NCBI RefSeq assembly: GCF_000315625.1
Contig: NW_005434664.1
Coordinates: 891,462 to 955,461, forward strand
DNA length: 64,000 bases
Direction: 5' to 3'
DNA from: Guillardia theta CCMP2712
Taxonomy: Eukaryota > Protista > Cryptophyta
Below are positions 35,627 to 48,640 of this stretch, piece after piece. The notes beneath the pieces are model-generated. The model did no database searches. It had not been told where the DNA came from and saw only the letters and a list, made by a program, of their open reading frames with translations. Each line of letters starts with the position of its first letter. The first letter of the stretch is position 1. The translations under genes and the position numbers were made by a program.

Positions 35627-36916
35627 ATGCTCGGTGGTGACACAGAGTTCGGGAGGCTCATGCAGCAAGCCGTGGCCATGAAGACGGAGATGATGAAGTC
35701 TGACAGGCGCAAGTACGACAGACTTCCCTCCTTCCTTCAGTCCTCCATCTACCACATGGAGAAGCTCAAAGACACGCGGTCGCTGCCTTTCCAGGGGAGG
35801 CTGGAGGCTGCGGAGAGCATGAAGGAGGAGGGGAACCTGCTCTTCAAGGAGGAGAAGTTCGACATGGCCAACATCAAGTACGAGGAATCTCTGTCTGTAT
35901 TCAAGTACCTGGAGGTGCTCGAAGGTCATGAGGACTGGAAGACCAACGGCAAGGGGCTAAGGGATGAAATCTACCGGATCGTGGACGAAGATGGCGTTTC
36001 CTCGGGGCAGGAGGAGATGATAGAGGCGATCAGCAGGCACAAGCAGTCGTGCTACCTCAACATAGCGGCGTGCGCTATGAAGCAGAACAACTGGCAGAAC
36101 TGTGTGAGGGCATGCGATGCGGCCTTGGAGTTGGACCCGCAGAGCGTGAAGGCTTTCTACCGCAGGGCCCTGGCTCGCATCACCCCAGCGTCCTCTGGAG
36201 CACACGAGCAGGATCTTGCGCTGCAGGACCTCGAGCAGGCGTACGAGATCGATCCGACGAACGTCAAGGTCAAAGCGAAGCTGCTGGAACTGCGGAAACA
36301 GATAGCAAAGCAGAAACACAACGACAAAGCCACGTTCTCGGGCATGTTCGACAGAGGAACGATCCAGTCCACCGCCACTGCTGCCAGCTCCTCCTCCAGC
36401 AACGGGACAGGGCGGTCCTCCTCAGGGCAGTCGCAGGTGGTCAACGAGGACACTTTCTCACTGCTGGAGAAGCAGCTGGAAGACGCTGAGCGCATCGCCC
36501 TGGGGTATAAGAACGCCGGAAAGCACGACAAGGCCGAGGCGATGTTCAAGAGCATTGAGGAGTCCCGTCAGAGGATTGAGGCGGCGAAGGAGAGAGCGCA
36601 GGGCAACTTCACCCCTCTCGAGGATGCGGACTTCGACAACCCAACGGAGGAGATGATTAACGATGCGAAGAAGCATGGGATCGATCTGACCGATCCTGTT
36701 GTTCGTCGTTTCTGTAAACAGCTGCAGAAGGAGAAGCTGGAGAAAGGGAGCATCTCCATCGAGGACGAGGCAGAGGAGGATGGGGTCTCTTGGCTCAACT
36801 CCACCAACATCTTCGTGCTCATCTTCGTTTTCGTCATGCTCGCTCTCCACTATTCGGAATTCTTCCTCCAGGTTTTTGGCATGGAGGAGCGGAATGACTT
36901 TGAATCGGAGTTATGA
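35627..36916 (+). CDS. TPR-domain (FKBP/cyclophilin-type co-chaperone TPR) protein with C-terminal membrane anchor
   Basis: AESMKEEGNLLFKEEKF..Y, CYLNIAACAMKQNNW..C..ALELDPQSVKAFYRRA, DLEQAYEIDPTN; hydrophobic IFVLIFVFVMLAL near the C-terminus; the ORF part upstream of 35627 is low-complexity and probably non-coding. Confidence 0.88.
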   Translation: MLGGDTEFGRLMQQAVAMKTEMMKSDRRKYDRLPSFLQSSIYHMEKLKDTRSLPFQGRLEAAESMKEEGNLLFKEEKFDMANIKYEESLSVFKYLEVLEGHEDWKTNGKGLRDEIYRIVDEDGVSSGQEEMIEAISRHKQSCYLNIAACAMKQNNWQNCVRACDAALELDPQSVKAFYRRALARITPASSGAHEQDLALQDLEQAYEIDPTNVKVKAKLLELRKQIAKQKHNDKATFSGMFDRGTIQSTATAASSSSSNGTGRSSSGQSQVVNEDTFSLLEKQLEDAERIALGYKNAGKHDKAEAMFKSIEESRQRIEAAKERAQGNFTPLEDADFDNPTEEMINDAKKHGIDLTDPVVRRFCKQLQKEKLEKGSISIEDEAEEDGVSWLNSTNIFVLIFVFVMLALHYSEFFLQVFGMEERNDFESEL

Positions 36917-37023
36917 TATAACAGGACACATTCGAAACACTTCCGCCTCTTCATCTTCAACACTTGCCTTCTCACTTTTCTACACTCCTGCTCCTGTACT
37001 TCCAATTCTCACTTTCCAAACTT

Positions 37024-38361
37024 CTACTTGACCTTCACAACCTGCGACCACCTGTCAACATCCCCCCCCCCCCCCCCCTTCTCCCATACTTGCACTTCGA
37101 AGACCAGCGGCTCTCTCCTGTGGCTTTCGAGCGCTCTCCTCTCTCCCCACCTTCATAAACGTGAGCTGCCTTAACAGAGTTAGCTTCTCTTCAACCCTGG
37201 AGGCATCGGTCCAGGCTTGTTGTCACCGACTCCTTGCGTGTAGCCGATCTCAGGAGGAAGAATGAAGCGTCTTCTTGCTCCAACATGCATGCCGAGGATT
37301 GCCTGAGATGCGCTGAGAACGACAGGGGCAGAAAGAGCAGGAGCAGGAGAGCAGGAGCAGGAGCAGAATCCAACCTTTTCAAAACCTGGGATCACTTGCT
37401 GTCTTCCCATCTTGAAGTCGAAGGTGTCTGTCAACTGTCTGTCAACTGCATGAGGTTTCTTCGTCCTTCCATCCTAATCCTCGAACAACTCTTTTCCCAC
37501 TTTCCTTGCTATACTGTGCATGTTTCACAACACGCTCCTTTCACCTTTCTACCTCTCCAAACCCCTCCTCGTATTCCGATTCATTGTTTTGCCTACTTGC
37601 TCTATTTTCCAATCTTACCAAAACGATCAAAGCCGTATGAGGCATCAACGAAGTATCCGTTGGATCTACGCAGAACGTACTGCACTGAGACGAAGCTGTC
37701 GGGGCCAATGGCGGGGCCATCTCTGCACATCAAAACCACTTAGCGAACAAGTGAGCATTATGGCAGCAACACTTGTCTCCTATCGAGATGTCCTGGATCT
37801 TCAACCCCGTCGAGTACTTTCCTGTCTGCTCCCTCGTTAATCGTGCTGCATAGCGGCGCACTGGATGTACCTTAGGGTCAAGGACTTCCTTGACCTCGGA
37901 GGAGCTTGTGAAGTCTGGCAATTTGTCGTCATCTTGCATCATTCCGCCACAAGCTCCTGATTGTTTGCACTCCTGTATCCTCATAACTCAGGGGAAACAA
38001 ACCGTATCTCCGTATCTACCTCGGGGACACTCCTCAATTTCGGACGAGGAGGAGGACGCTGAGCATGTGCGACGTTGACTTCTCCAGCAAACGACCATGT
38101 TGTTCCCGCCAAGACAGCAAGGATCTGGAACATCTCCTTCCTCCCCATCTTGTTTCCCTCGTCCGAGTTCACTCGGCTCATGCGGACCTCACCCACCGGA
38201 TCGCACCAACGACAGGCTCTAGACCGTTGAGAGGACATGGTAGCACAAGGGAGTTTTGCGTGTACAAAGCCGCTACATGGAACAAACAAACTCATCAACA
38301 TCAGCATCTTCGTCGCCATTTTCGCCATCGTCGTCCCCTTCCTCTCCCATCCAACCATCAT
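37024..38361 (-). CDS. FKBP-type peptidyl-prolyl isomerase, predicted thylakoid lumen
   Basis: Signal peptide ..VPCSG|FVH, transit peptide, GRKE plus hydrophobic stretch plus AHA; STGLKIQDISIG, VSVQYVLRRSNGYFVDAS, VIPGFEK, ILGMHVGARRRFILPPEIGY, PLVFEVQ|VVKVK*. Confidence 0.85.
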
Positions 38362-38631
38362 GGCCGCCTTATTAGGGAGATTCTCCCGACTGGACCACCC
38401 ACTACCGAATTGTGTTCAGCACCCACCCCCACAACATCTTTTCCTACCCACCCAGGTAAATTTCGTTCTGTCCCACTATTCACAAGGGGGTACTTTTATA
38501 TAGATAAGGGGTACCTGTCTTACCACCCCCATAGCCCTACCACCTTCTATCCCTTGCCCTCATACCGCACCACATCGTTCAAAAACATGGTGGGAGGGAA
38601 AAAAAGCTACGATGAGCGGGAGAGGAGAGGA

Positions 38632-38802
38632 NNNNNNNNNNNNNNNNNNNNNNNNNNNNNNNNNNNNNNNNNNNNNNNNNNNNNNNNNNNNNNNNNNNNN
38701 NNNNNNNNNNNNNNNNNNNNNNNNNNNNNNNNNNNNNNNNNNNNNNNNNNNNNNNNNNNNNNNNNNNNNNNNNNNNNNNNNNNNNNNNNNNNNNNNNNNN
38801 NN
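38632..38802. other. Assembly gap within a (GAGAG)n microsatellite
   Basis: N run flanked by GAGAG repeats. Confidence 0.95.
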
Positions 38803-39172
38803 AGAGGAGAGGAGAGGAGAGGAGAGGAGAGGAGAGGAGAGGAGAGGAGAGGAGAGGAGAGGAGAGGAGAGGAGGGAAGGGAAGGGGATCAGAGGAGGGG
38901 AGGGGAGAGATTAGGAGAGGAGAGGAGGGAAGATAGCAGGAGTGGACAAGTAGATACGCGAAGACTCGGAGGTTGTGTTGGTGTGGTGGGTGATGGGATG
39001 GGGTGTGGGAGTAGAGCTTCAGAGTCGAAGGTCAACAAGCAGGGTGGAGGACGGGGGTGTGAAAGTGACAAACGACACATCTCAACAACAGTGGCAGCGA
39101 GTCTGAACTAACATGGAACCATGAAGTGACATCTTACCTCTCCTTGCTGCAGGAGGATCGTTACCCTTCGTG

Positions 39173-41720
39173 ATGGCCAAGATGACCAGAGCCGAGCTTG
39201 CAAACGTTCTCCTGAGCTCGATCAAGAAGAACCCCACGAAGCTGCAGAGCGAGGACGAACTGGAGCTAGACGTCGAACGGCGGTGCAGGGCCATCCTGGA
39301 AGAGCAGAGGCACAAGGAGGAGGAGCACGACAGAACTCTGAGGATCATACCCCGCCTGTTTGTGAAGAAGGACACGAATCGCAATGAGATCTCGGAGATC
39401 ATCAAGCAAGAAGCTCGGATGCGCATGCTGAAGCGCCAGGAGAATATCCTGCTAGAACAGGAGGAGCTGAACCTGATCTACGACCTCCTCCTCCAGTACT
39501 CCAGGCCAGACACGACCGAGGACTCGACGCCAACATCCCCAGAGTCTGAGCTGGCCAAGTACAAGACCGAGCGGGTGCGCATCAACTACGACGGTTTCTG
39601 TCAGGTCAGGATGCAGCTGAACGACAAGGTGGAGTATTACTTCAGGCCCTCCGTCTTCCTGCAGCTCCCGAGAGACAAGCTCGGGTGCATCTCAGTCTCA
39701 AGATTTTACGATGTCAGTCCCTCCTGCTACATCTTCCTCCCCTCCCCTCCTGCCCTTCCATCCCATGTCCTTCAATCAGCTGGAGCACTTGTTGCTGCTC
39801 TTCGCCCTCTCCCCTCCTCCCCCTCTGCTTCTTCCTGGTGTGACTCAAACATGCAGTACATCCTCTGCCGAGACGCTCTCCTGCGCAAGCGCATCTCACT
39901 GGCATGGCATGACAGCACAGGGTCGGGATTCTTGACGGAGCAGGAGCTCGAGAACTGGATCCAAGAGGAGATTTCAAACTCTCCCATCCTTTCCAAGTTA
40001 GAGAAGAGCTACCAAGCTTTCTACATCTGTCACGCCGCCCGCCGCTTCCTCTTCCTCTTCGACTCCTCCCAGCGGCACAAAGTCCGCATTCGAGAGCTTA
40101 TCAAGAGCCCGGTCCTCGACGAGCTCCTCATCCTCCGGCAGGAGCTGACAGAGGAGGAGCTGCAAGGGAACTGGTTCGCTCCTGCAACAGCCCGGGAGGT
40201 CTACGAGATGTACACCAAGCTCGACCTCGACCACAATGGCCTGCTCTCACAGGAAGAGCTTCTCCGTTACAGGGGATCGTACCTGACAGAGGTGAGGCAT
40301 CGCTGCTTCCACCTACTCCCCTTCCCTCTCATTCTTCTCTGCGTTTCATCTCTTTCATTTAGTTTCCTTTGCACTCCAATCTTGTATCTCTCCCCTTCTT
40401 CTCTCTTCTTCCTCCTCCCTCTCCTCGTCCTCACTCCATTCTCTTTCCTTCCTCTTTTCTTCTCCAGCTCTTCACGAGACCTCTGCCAGGCTTTCGTCCA
40501 GCGAGTCTTCGAGGAGAGTCAAACCTTCAATGGCTACATCGACTTCAAGGTCGCCAGAGGATGAGGAAGTGGTGGTGGTTGTGATGGTGGTAGCTGAGGA
40601 GGAGGAGGAGGAAGGGCGGGTGGAGTAGGGGTGGGTGGGATTGGGGCGAAGGAGGAGAGATTGAAATGCATCTTCAGGCTTTCCTGGACTTCGTGCTCGC
40701 AATGGAGGACAAGGGGTCAAAGTCGGCTCTGCACTACTTCTTCCGTATCCTCGACCTGCGCAAACTTGGAGCCATCGGCATCTTCGAGATCAATTACTTC
40801 TTTCGTGATGTTCGCAAGCATCTTATCAAGGACGACCTGCCGGTTGAAGTCGCACAGAGAAAAATCCACCTTCTGCTCCTTCTGCTCCCTCCCTCTTTGT
40901 TCTCCTTTACAGCTTTTACCAATGTCTTTCTCTCCATTTCATTTTTGCTGACCACTATTCGTTCATTGACTCAGTCTCTCCTATCCCCTTCTCCCCTCCC
41001 CTCCTCGTCTCCTCGTCTCTTCCCCTCTCTTCCCCTCCCCTCCCCTCCTCCCCACTTCCTCTCCCCTCCTCTTACACTCGTGCACAGGCTCCGTCTGTCG
41101 AGGATGTCACTGACGAGATCTTCGACATGGTGCCGCTCTTGAGTCACAACGACCCTCCAGCTAATTCCCTGCAGGTGAAGCCCAAACAACCGCACGGCAT
41201 AACTCTGGAGGATCTCGTGAATTCCAACGTGGGAGATACGGTCTGCATCCTCGATGCTCCTCTCATCGCGCTCACTTCTCCTCCAGGTTGTCAGCATCCT
41301 GACTGACATCGAGGTAACTCACTCGTTCTATTCCTCTGCTCCTCTCCTAATGCCCCTGCTCTCCCTTCCCCTCCCCTGCTCTTTTCCCCTCCATTCCCTC
41401 TCCAGATCTCCTTTCCTTTCCCTCTCCCCCTTCCGTTGCAAACAACGGCCGACCATGTTTGCAGGCCTTCTATCATTACGACAACAGGGAATCTCTCATC
41501 GCACAGCAGGTTCTCCTGCTCGCTCCTCCCTCCTCCTCCGTCCTCCCTCGTGCTCGCTCCTCCCTGCTCGCTCCTCCTCCCTCCTCCTCCCTCCTCCCTC
41601 CCCGCTCCTGCTCGCTCCTCGCTCGACAGGCGCTTCTCTCAGGCCTCTCTCTTCTTCACTGTCGGAAGTTTTCTAATGTCTGACGTTGGGTATCGATAGG
41701 CACACGAGGAGCACGCTTGA
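39173..41720 (+). CDS. PPP2R3C: PP2A regulatory subunit B'' gamma (PPP2R3C/TON2-FASS-like), multi-exon
   Basis: IPRLF, GFLTEQELENWI, FYICHAARRFLFLFD, NWF, EF-hand DLDHNGLLSQEEL, FLDFVLAMEDK..YFFRILDL, DVTDEIFDM|VKPK..ITLEDL, FYHYDNRE. Confidence 0.9.
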
Positions 41721-42234
41721 TGGATGAGCCAGGACTTGAATCAGCTATTAGTATTCTCAATCAGCCTACCTCAGGCTATGTATATTATGTAATTCAAACA
41801 CTGTGCCATGGGACGATCTTCTCAGTCCGGCTGCAGCCTGACTTTCCGGGCCTCGAGCCACTAAGCGACCACGAACCGGCGAAGATGTTGGCCAGGCCCG
41901 GGCTGTCCCGGCTGGGCCGGGCTCAGTGTACGGTTCCGGGGATTCCGCGGCCCGGGCCCGCCCATGATCGACGTGGTCTACCATCTTTCAGGTTCCTGTT
42001 CTAATCCATCATTACCCACCCCCATAGCGAAGTCTGACTCAATTCAACAAACTTAACACCACCCCTACCCCCCTACCCCCCAAATTACTATCAATCACCC
42101 CACTCTCCTAGTCAAATTTTCACCTCTCGCTCACCTACTCCCGATGTTAACGACAAGTACCGGCTGTCTAGGCTACCCCTACCCCCCTGAATAGCACCGG
42201 CCTACCCACCTTGGCCCCCGTTGTCGCAACAAAG

Positions 42235-44581
42235 CATGGCGTGGAGATGATGAGGAGGGAGGTTAGAGAGGTAGAGATGTCGATGATGATGACGATGATG
42301 ATGATGTAACGGATCAGATATGTTCAAGGAGGAGATATGAAGGTCCTGAAGTGAGAGGGAATAGCAAGGAGCCGATGGTTGGGCAGCGGAAGTTCAGGTA
42401 CAGTTATGGGGTCCAAGACAAGAACATGAATGACGTTGATTGCTGTACCGAGATCTGATCAGGGAGGTGCATGTGTAGTAGAACATTCAAGGTTTCACTT
42501 CATGGTACATCGGCTTCAGATCTTTTACACGTTGGTTCAATCAGTTCTTGCCCAATTTCCTTTTTTGTCGAGAATACGAGGTCATGGAGTTGGTGTCTTC
42601 AGGGCCGAAAGAAGAAGTTCATCAGGAGGGGCCGGTAGACATGAAGAGACACCATCATAGTTCTTGGTCATCTCCTGCTGATGTGCATCCGTCCTCCTTC
42701 CCTATCATGTCCTACTCACTGAGTGATGCTGCCAGGACTCAGTCGCTGTCGAGAAACTTGAGTTTCAACCATGGAGCACGAGCTTGACGAAGACTGTCTG
42801 GGCCATTACGGGTTCTGTCCAGACTCCTCGAGAACATCCAGGATACGAAAGACGATGATGCCAAACCAGGTTCCTCGCCATGGCACCTGCGTTCCGTTCC
42901 CGCGTGACCATGGTGTCAGGTCGACGCCGCCCTTAGGAACAGCCCTGCGAGTTGCAGCTCTGGTGAGAAATCCATGTCCTACCACAACGTGTTTCTTCCT
43001 CCGAGCAAGTCCTCTGCTCTCTTACAAGCATGCGGGGGGCAGGGCACAGGAAGGCGCGAAGGGTGTGCCCTGTGCCCTCGTTGTTGTGGACAGCAACATC
43101 CTTGGTTTGCCATAGTCTCACGTCCGACTGTCGTCAGGTCTGGCGGGTCACAACCATTCTTTCCTCGGCAAGTACGGAGTTGGTGCATGCCTGACGCCTG
43201 CGAGTGTGAAGATCAAGAACGACTCGTCCAACCCCACGTATGGTCCTCAACTCACCTGCTCTAAGTGAGATCGGGAGGAGGCGGAGGAGGTGACCTCTTG
43301 GTGGCGGCAGGTACTGGCTACGGAGGATGGGGCTGATGCAGACTTCCGTGTCGTCTCAATGCCACAAGGCAGAGCAGAAGTCATCAAGTGAGAACCGCTC
43401 CTCTCCCCTTGCAGTCACCTGACGGTGTTGAATTGCAAGAGCCCAAGTCCAATGTCAAGTTCTCTGCTTCAACCAAGAGGACTCGTCGCCGTTTGACTGC
43501 CCATCATCATGCCTGTGAGTTGAATACTCAGCAAACTCTTTCTGTGCTACTTTCGTATCCTTTTTTTGCGCTTCTGCTGCGCTTGCTTCCGCATCCTGTT
43601 CCTAACCTTGTCATTGCTTCTTGTCACCCATTGCTGAAGTTTTGTTGGGATCCTCTAGTGCAAGAAACCACGAAGCTGAACTGCTCTGTCATCCACGAGA
43701 CGAAACAGCATGAGAAGTGCGAGGAAGAGCTACACCAACGCCTCATGCAGCCTCGTCGTGGATCAGAGGGCAATACATGCACTGAGGATAACGCTGGTGA
43801 ACAAGCAGGTGTCACCAGGAGAAAAATGGTAGGAAGATTTGATGAGTGCAGGTCAAGTTATCGTTTCACTCTCTTGATAGGATCAGGAGTCTCCTCAAAC
43901 TACGGAGGAAGTGCAAGTAAAGGCGAGCCACCACAGGTAAGTCATGATCTCCTGCTTCACTTCCTCATCGCACAACTCTCTTCCTCATCTCCTTGCATCA
44001 TGATCATGTTCCTAATCATGATGCAGCGATGCTTCAGCGAGTGACGTCGGCAGTGTGGATCTGTGCCTCACGCCTGCAAGGTACTGCTGACGCTGACGCT
44101 GATGCTGATGCTGATGCTGATGCTGCTATTGGTGGTGGTCTGAATGAAACGCAGTTCTTGTGTTGCTGCTGGAAGGATGTCGTCCTCAGTCAGGTTTGCA
44201 GCCTCTCGATCCCTCCAAGATTTGATTAATCTATCTCCAAAATTTCTCTTCTATCTGCTCCTGCTGCTGCTTCTGCTGCTGCTGCTGCTCCTCCTCCTCC
44301 TCCGCTCTATCCTCCTCCTCCTCTTTTCCCTCCTCCTTCTCCTCCTTCTCACTTGTCATACTCAGTGAGTGTGGGGACTCGTGGAGCGTCGCTTCCGGCT
44401 CTCAATCATCGTCATTCTCTTTGATCTCAGCCCTTCAGCTGGAGTCCAGTACTTGACACCTTCTCTCCTCCTGCCTCTCATCTTCTTGACAGTCGATGGA
44501 ACTGGCGCCCAGGAAGGACCGAGCAGGGAGGCCGCGATGTACCGAGCCGTGCTGCTGATGTCAGACGGGGAGGTTGAATGA
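42235..44581 (+). CDS. Probable multi-exon gene of unknown function (boundaries uncertain)
   Basis: Repeated plus-strand GT..AG intron patterns with pyrimidine tracts around short open segments; no family recognised. Confidence 0.35.
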
Positions 44582-44676
44582 TCGAAGTCAACGTAGCTGC
44601 TGTTGCTGCTGCTGCTGCTGCATTGTGAATCAGGTCGAAGTTTCTTCGCGGGACTTCATTGATTGTCGACCTACCA

Positions 44677-46181
44677 TTACGATGAAGTGGGTCTTAGGAC
44701 GTACATGAGAATTCCTCCAGCGATTGCAACGTTGAGACTCTCCATATCCCCGCTGAGCTCCACCCCTGTCTTCTCCCATCCCGCACTTCTCTTGACCTCC
44801 TCCTCAACCTCCACATGCAGCCCGTGAGCGGGACAAGGACACTTGCTTCCCTCTCTTACCTCTGGTGAGACTCCAGAGCCTTCGTTGCTGAGGACGAGGA
44901 AGAGGCGGTCGGCTGTTTCAGAATCACAATAGCTCCTTCAGCAGGAGGGGAGTACTACCGCGCACAAAGTCCTCCGGCGCTCTCCCGTTCATGTCGGCAA
45001 CCAGCACTTTGGCTCCTTCTGTTGTTTACCATGAGGAATCAAAAACATCTTCCTGGGAGGGCACAAAAGAGGAGGAGGGGGAGGAGGAGGGAGGAGCCTT
45101 TGCCTGCTGCTGCGGCTTCTTCCTTGAGTAGCGCGGTGTCGCCGTAGCACACGCCCAGCCTCCACTGAGCTCCTCTGGCTGCCCGGATGGCCTGCAGTGC
45201 GGGATCACAGGCCCTCCACATCCTCCTGCTCACCTTCTCATTGAAGGGATCGCTGCAGCCATCTAGCAGGAGAGCAGCATCCCACCCCAGTCCTGCTGCC
45301 GTCCGCAGAAGCGTTCCGAGGTTTCCTGGATCTTGAATGCGATCGAGGACGATGATGCGCTTGGACGTACGGAGATCGCACTGGAGGAGGAGCATGCAGT
45401 GAGGTAAATCGAGCCATTTCCTCAAGCCAGGACAACACTGGAGCGTCAAGGAGGCCCACTCAACACAAGTTTGCTGTCGTAGAAGAGGGAGAGAGAGGAT
45501 GCTACTGGTCATACGGAGAATTGAAAGTGACCTGCTCAGGTAGTCCTATCTCTGCCAGGACCTGCCTTCCCTCTGTCGTCTCCAACCCTGAGATCTGTGA
45601 CAAGGTAACGGAGCTATTGTCAGGTTTCCCCGAGTAAGTCTCACCTTTCGGAACACGTCAGGAGAGACAACGATGACATCAGTTGTTGGTGGCAAGGAGA
45701 GTCTGTCTATCAGGTCCTGATGCCAGAGATCCTGGTCCTCTTCCACAAGAACAAGCAGCTGCATTCGTCGTCAACCGTGACATAGAGACAGAAAGTTCAT
45801 CTTTCCTTGATCTCCGAGCGCGCTTGTGATCGAGGACCGCAGATCTCGAGGATGGGATTCATGCCTGTCACGACGGCGCTGCCGCTGGTCTTCCGATACT
45901 TGCTCTGCTCTCTGACCTTCACCAATCGTTTTGCAACTGCGTTCTGCAGCGAAGTGACGACTGGTCCGAAATTTCGTTTCTCCGAAGCCATAGCGTATGG
46001 AACATGAATGCCTTGGCACCTCCTGCGCCTGCTGAAAGGTCAAGAGAGCGAAGTGTTTCTTGCCAGCTGTTGCTCACAGTGCTCGGCTGTCTACATGCGA
46101 ATTCCCTTGGTCCCGGCGGGGTTGCAGATGGATGGAGGAAGGGTTGCTGACAAACAGAGGCAGCATGGTCGCCGATGGCAT
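44677..46181 (-). CDS. SpoU/TrmH-family RNA 2'-O-methyltransferase (RNMTL1/MRM3-like), multi-exon; 5' end approximate
   Basis: VTSLQNAVAKRLVKV, IVLDRIQDPGNLGTLLRTA, DPFNEK|AIRAARGA, LVLSNEGSGVS, MESLNVAIAGGILMY. Confidence 0.9.
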
Positions 46182-46759
46182 GCTGGCATGTGACGATGAT
46201 GACAGGGAGGAGAGACACGTCGAAGCTGAGCAAAGAAGGAGATAGAAGAGGACCAGGAGCGGGGTTGGGGCTGGGAGCCGGGGGGTCAGGAGGACGCGGC
46301 TGGAACTGTGGAGGAGATGCGGCATTGGTCGCATCGAGCCAGGCATCGGACCCGGGGCTAGCCGGGCTCTCACCTCCGGAGGGCGAGTCACTGAGCCGAC
46401 CTGGGGCGCATTTATTTTTGGCCCCTTCTAAAAGGCAAGTTTTGACTGGGACCAAGGTTCTCAAGAAGTGTTTTAAAACAAAATATGTTTTAAAAACCTC
46501 TAATTGTATCAAGCTTGCCCCAGTGGCTTTGCTATACAAGTATAGGAGACATGAAACGTCTTTTACCCCCTGGTTATAAAGATTTGTCACTCTGCCTCAA
46601 GGTGGGTCGTAAACTGGCCTCCCTCCTTTGGTCCCTTTTGCTACCCCACAGCTTCCTTGCCATCCTTCTCAATCCTGCTGTCCGCTTGTTCTCTGTCTGC
46701 GTACCTCCCTCAACACAATCGAGTGATTGTTTCCATCACCAGTTGACTTCGCGCCTGCC

Positions 46760-47500
46760 ATGCAGACTGGTTCAGCATTCCATCACAGTCTATGGAGCTC
46801 CTGGGCGGCTCCTCAATCTCAATCTCCTAACAGTTCAAAGAGCAAATCCATGCACAGCAATGGTGGTAGCTTGATTCCCCTGCTCCATGCTGGGATTGGA
46901 AAGAGCCGAGACACATCTCGCAGCAGAAAGCTCACCTCTGCAGTCGCTATCCGCATCTTCAAGGAAAGGTCTTCAGATGCTAACAGTAAGTTTGTAGAGA
47001 GCGAGGTGGTCGCGAGATGCTATGGCGTGAGTTCCAAGACCGTGCGAGACATCTGGGACAAAAAGTCGTGGGCGAGGTACACGAGTGGTTTGGAGATGAG
47101 GGTCGAGGCCAGAGAGGCAGAAATGTCTAAGAATGGGGAGAAAGCGCTGAGGTCGCTTGAGGGGAATATGAAGAAAGATGCTTTAGAGATCGAGAGAAAG
47201 CAAAAGAATATGAAAAATTCGTCCAGTATAGAGACGTTCCATGCTCCCTCGGATGGATACGACTGCAATGGCGCGATGTTGGGAGAGAGCAGCCAAGATT
47301 CTGCAACATGGATCTCGATGAGACGTGTGTATGGGGAACTCATGGGAGAGGAGGAGGAGGACAAGGACAAGGACGAGCACAACGAGGGAGATTATGTCAG
47401 AGAGGCGGTGGAGTGCTGGGACGAGCTTGCTGAGGCACCGGACGATGTGAGCGATTGGTGTGTTGACCCCAGGGAGGCAAGAGTTGACAAAGTTTGCTGA
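46760..47500 (+). CDS. Intronless protein with a helix-turn-helix-like motif and an acidic tail
   Basis: KLTSAVAIRIFK..SEVVARCYGVSSKTVRDIWDKKSW. Confidence 0.7.
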   Translation: MQTGSAFHHSLWSSWAAPQSQSPNSSKSKSMHSNGGSLIPLLHAGIGKSRDTSRSRKLTSAVAIRIFKERSSDANSKFVESEVVARCYGVSSKTVRDIWDKKSWARYTSGLEMRVEAREAEMSKNGEKALRSLEGNMKKDALEIERKQKNMKNSSSIETFHAPSDGYDCNGAMLGESSQDSATWISMRRVYGELMGEEEEDKDKDEHNEGDYVREAVECWDELAEAPDDVSDWCVDPREARVDKVC

Positions 47501-48640
47501 GGGACTGGAGGGTCAGAGATTTTGATTTTCGGGACAGCAATGACTGGAGGATGTTCCGATGGGGAGGATGGTCAACGGAATGCGTGTAAAGGAAGTACTC
47601 TCTAGAACCGTTCCAGGCAGAATGCTCAAGACTGTAGGTAAAATTTTCTTTTGCTGCACATTCCGGGAAGGTGTCTTGAATTTTTCATGCTCACCGCTCA
47701 GATATTTCTTTGCATTACATCACGTTTTGCCTTGCAGCAGTGCCAATGGAATAAAAGAGCCTCTTTTTCATCTTCCGTCTCCCCGCTTTCCACCTCTTCT
47801 CTCGCTCACTCATATTCATATGCTCGATTTCCTTTCACTTCGTCCGCACCTGATCAGATCCCAATCATCCCTTCCCCCCTCCTTCTTTCGTACATCTTGA
47901 TCAAAGGATCATTTCGAACCTCGTGCGCTCCGCCGCTGATCTAATCCGGCCAGGTAGACGAGCAGAGGACGTGGCAACCAAAGAAGGGCAAGTAGAGGAT
48001 GCAGGTGAAAGATGATGTGAAAATCAAGAGTAACCAGGAAATGTCAACTATTCATGGAGAGCTCATGAGTAGGCCAGTCTGCTCGCCAGAAGGCAAGAAA
48101 CTATACAGCCTGGGTAACGAACTCCTGCCAAAAGATCAGTACTTGACGATGTCGCCCTTGTTTCGTCCTACCGAAACAAGGTCTGAAGGTGATGAAAAGC
48201 TTTCAAGCAGCTGATTCGAACGGGAGGCTACAAGCACATGAAAGCCGGACCTGTTGGAGGTGGGAAACTGCACTGTCGCAAGAATTCGTCTCCAACCCTC
48301 ATCAGAGTCTTGAGGAAAGCAATCAAGCAGATGCTGCTGGGACTCTCAGCATCGAAGTCTGATTCAAACACCAAGACCCCATTTTCCATCAAGCATCAAA
48401 GTTCAACGCACAATCTTAGGTTTTCCGGTTTACTTCTGAGTCCTCTTTTAGTGATCGAGCTGAGCCAACAAACTAGCGTACTGAATTCAGGCATGACCCT
48501 AATCACCACCCACAATAATCTACATCCCTCAAATCTTCTTAAGCCTTAGCCTTGGCCGCATCTGCCTCCTTTGGCTCAAGGTACATGCGAGACGACAGCT
48601 GTCACCCAACATCGTTACTTGCAATCCTCCTCATACATCA

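Noticed and set aside
47559-48480. Short plus-strand ORFs between the HTH gene and adhE copy 1
   Set aside because: No recognisable motifs or consistent splice pattern
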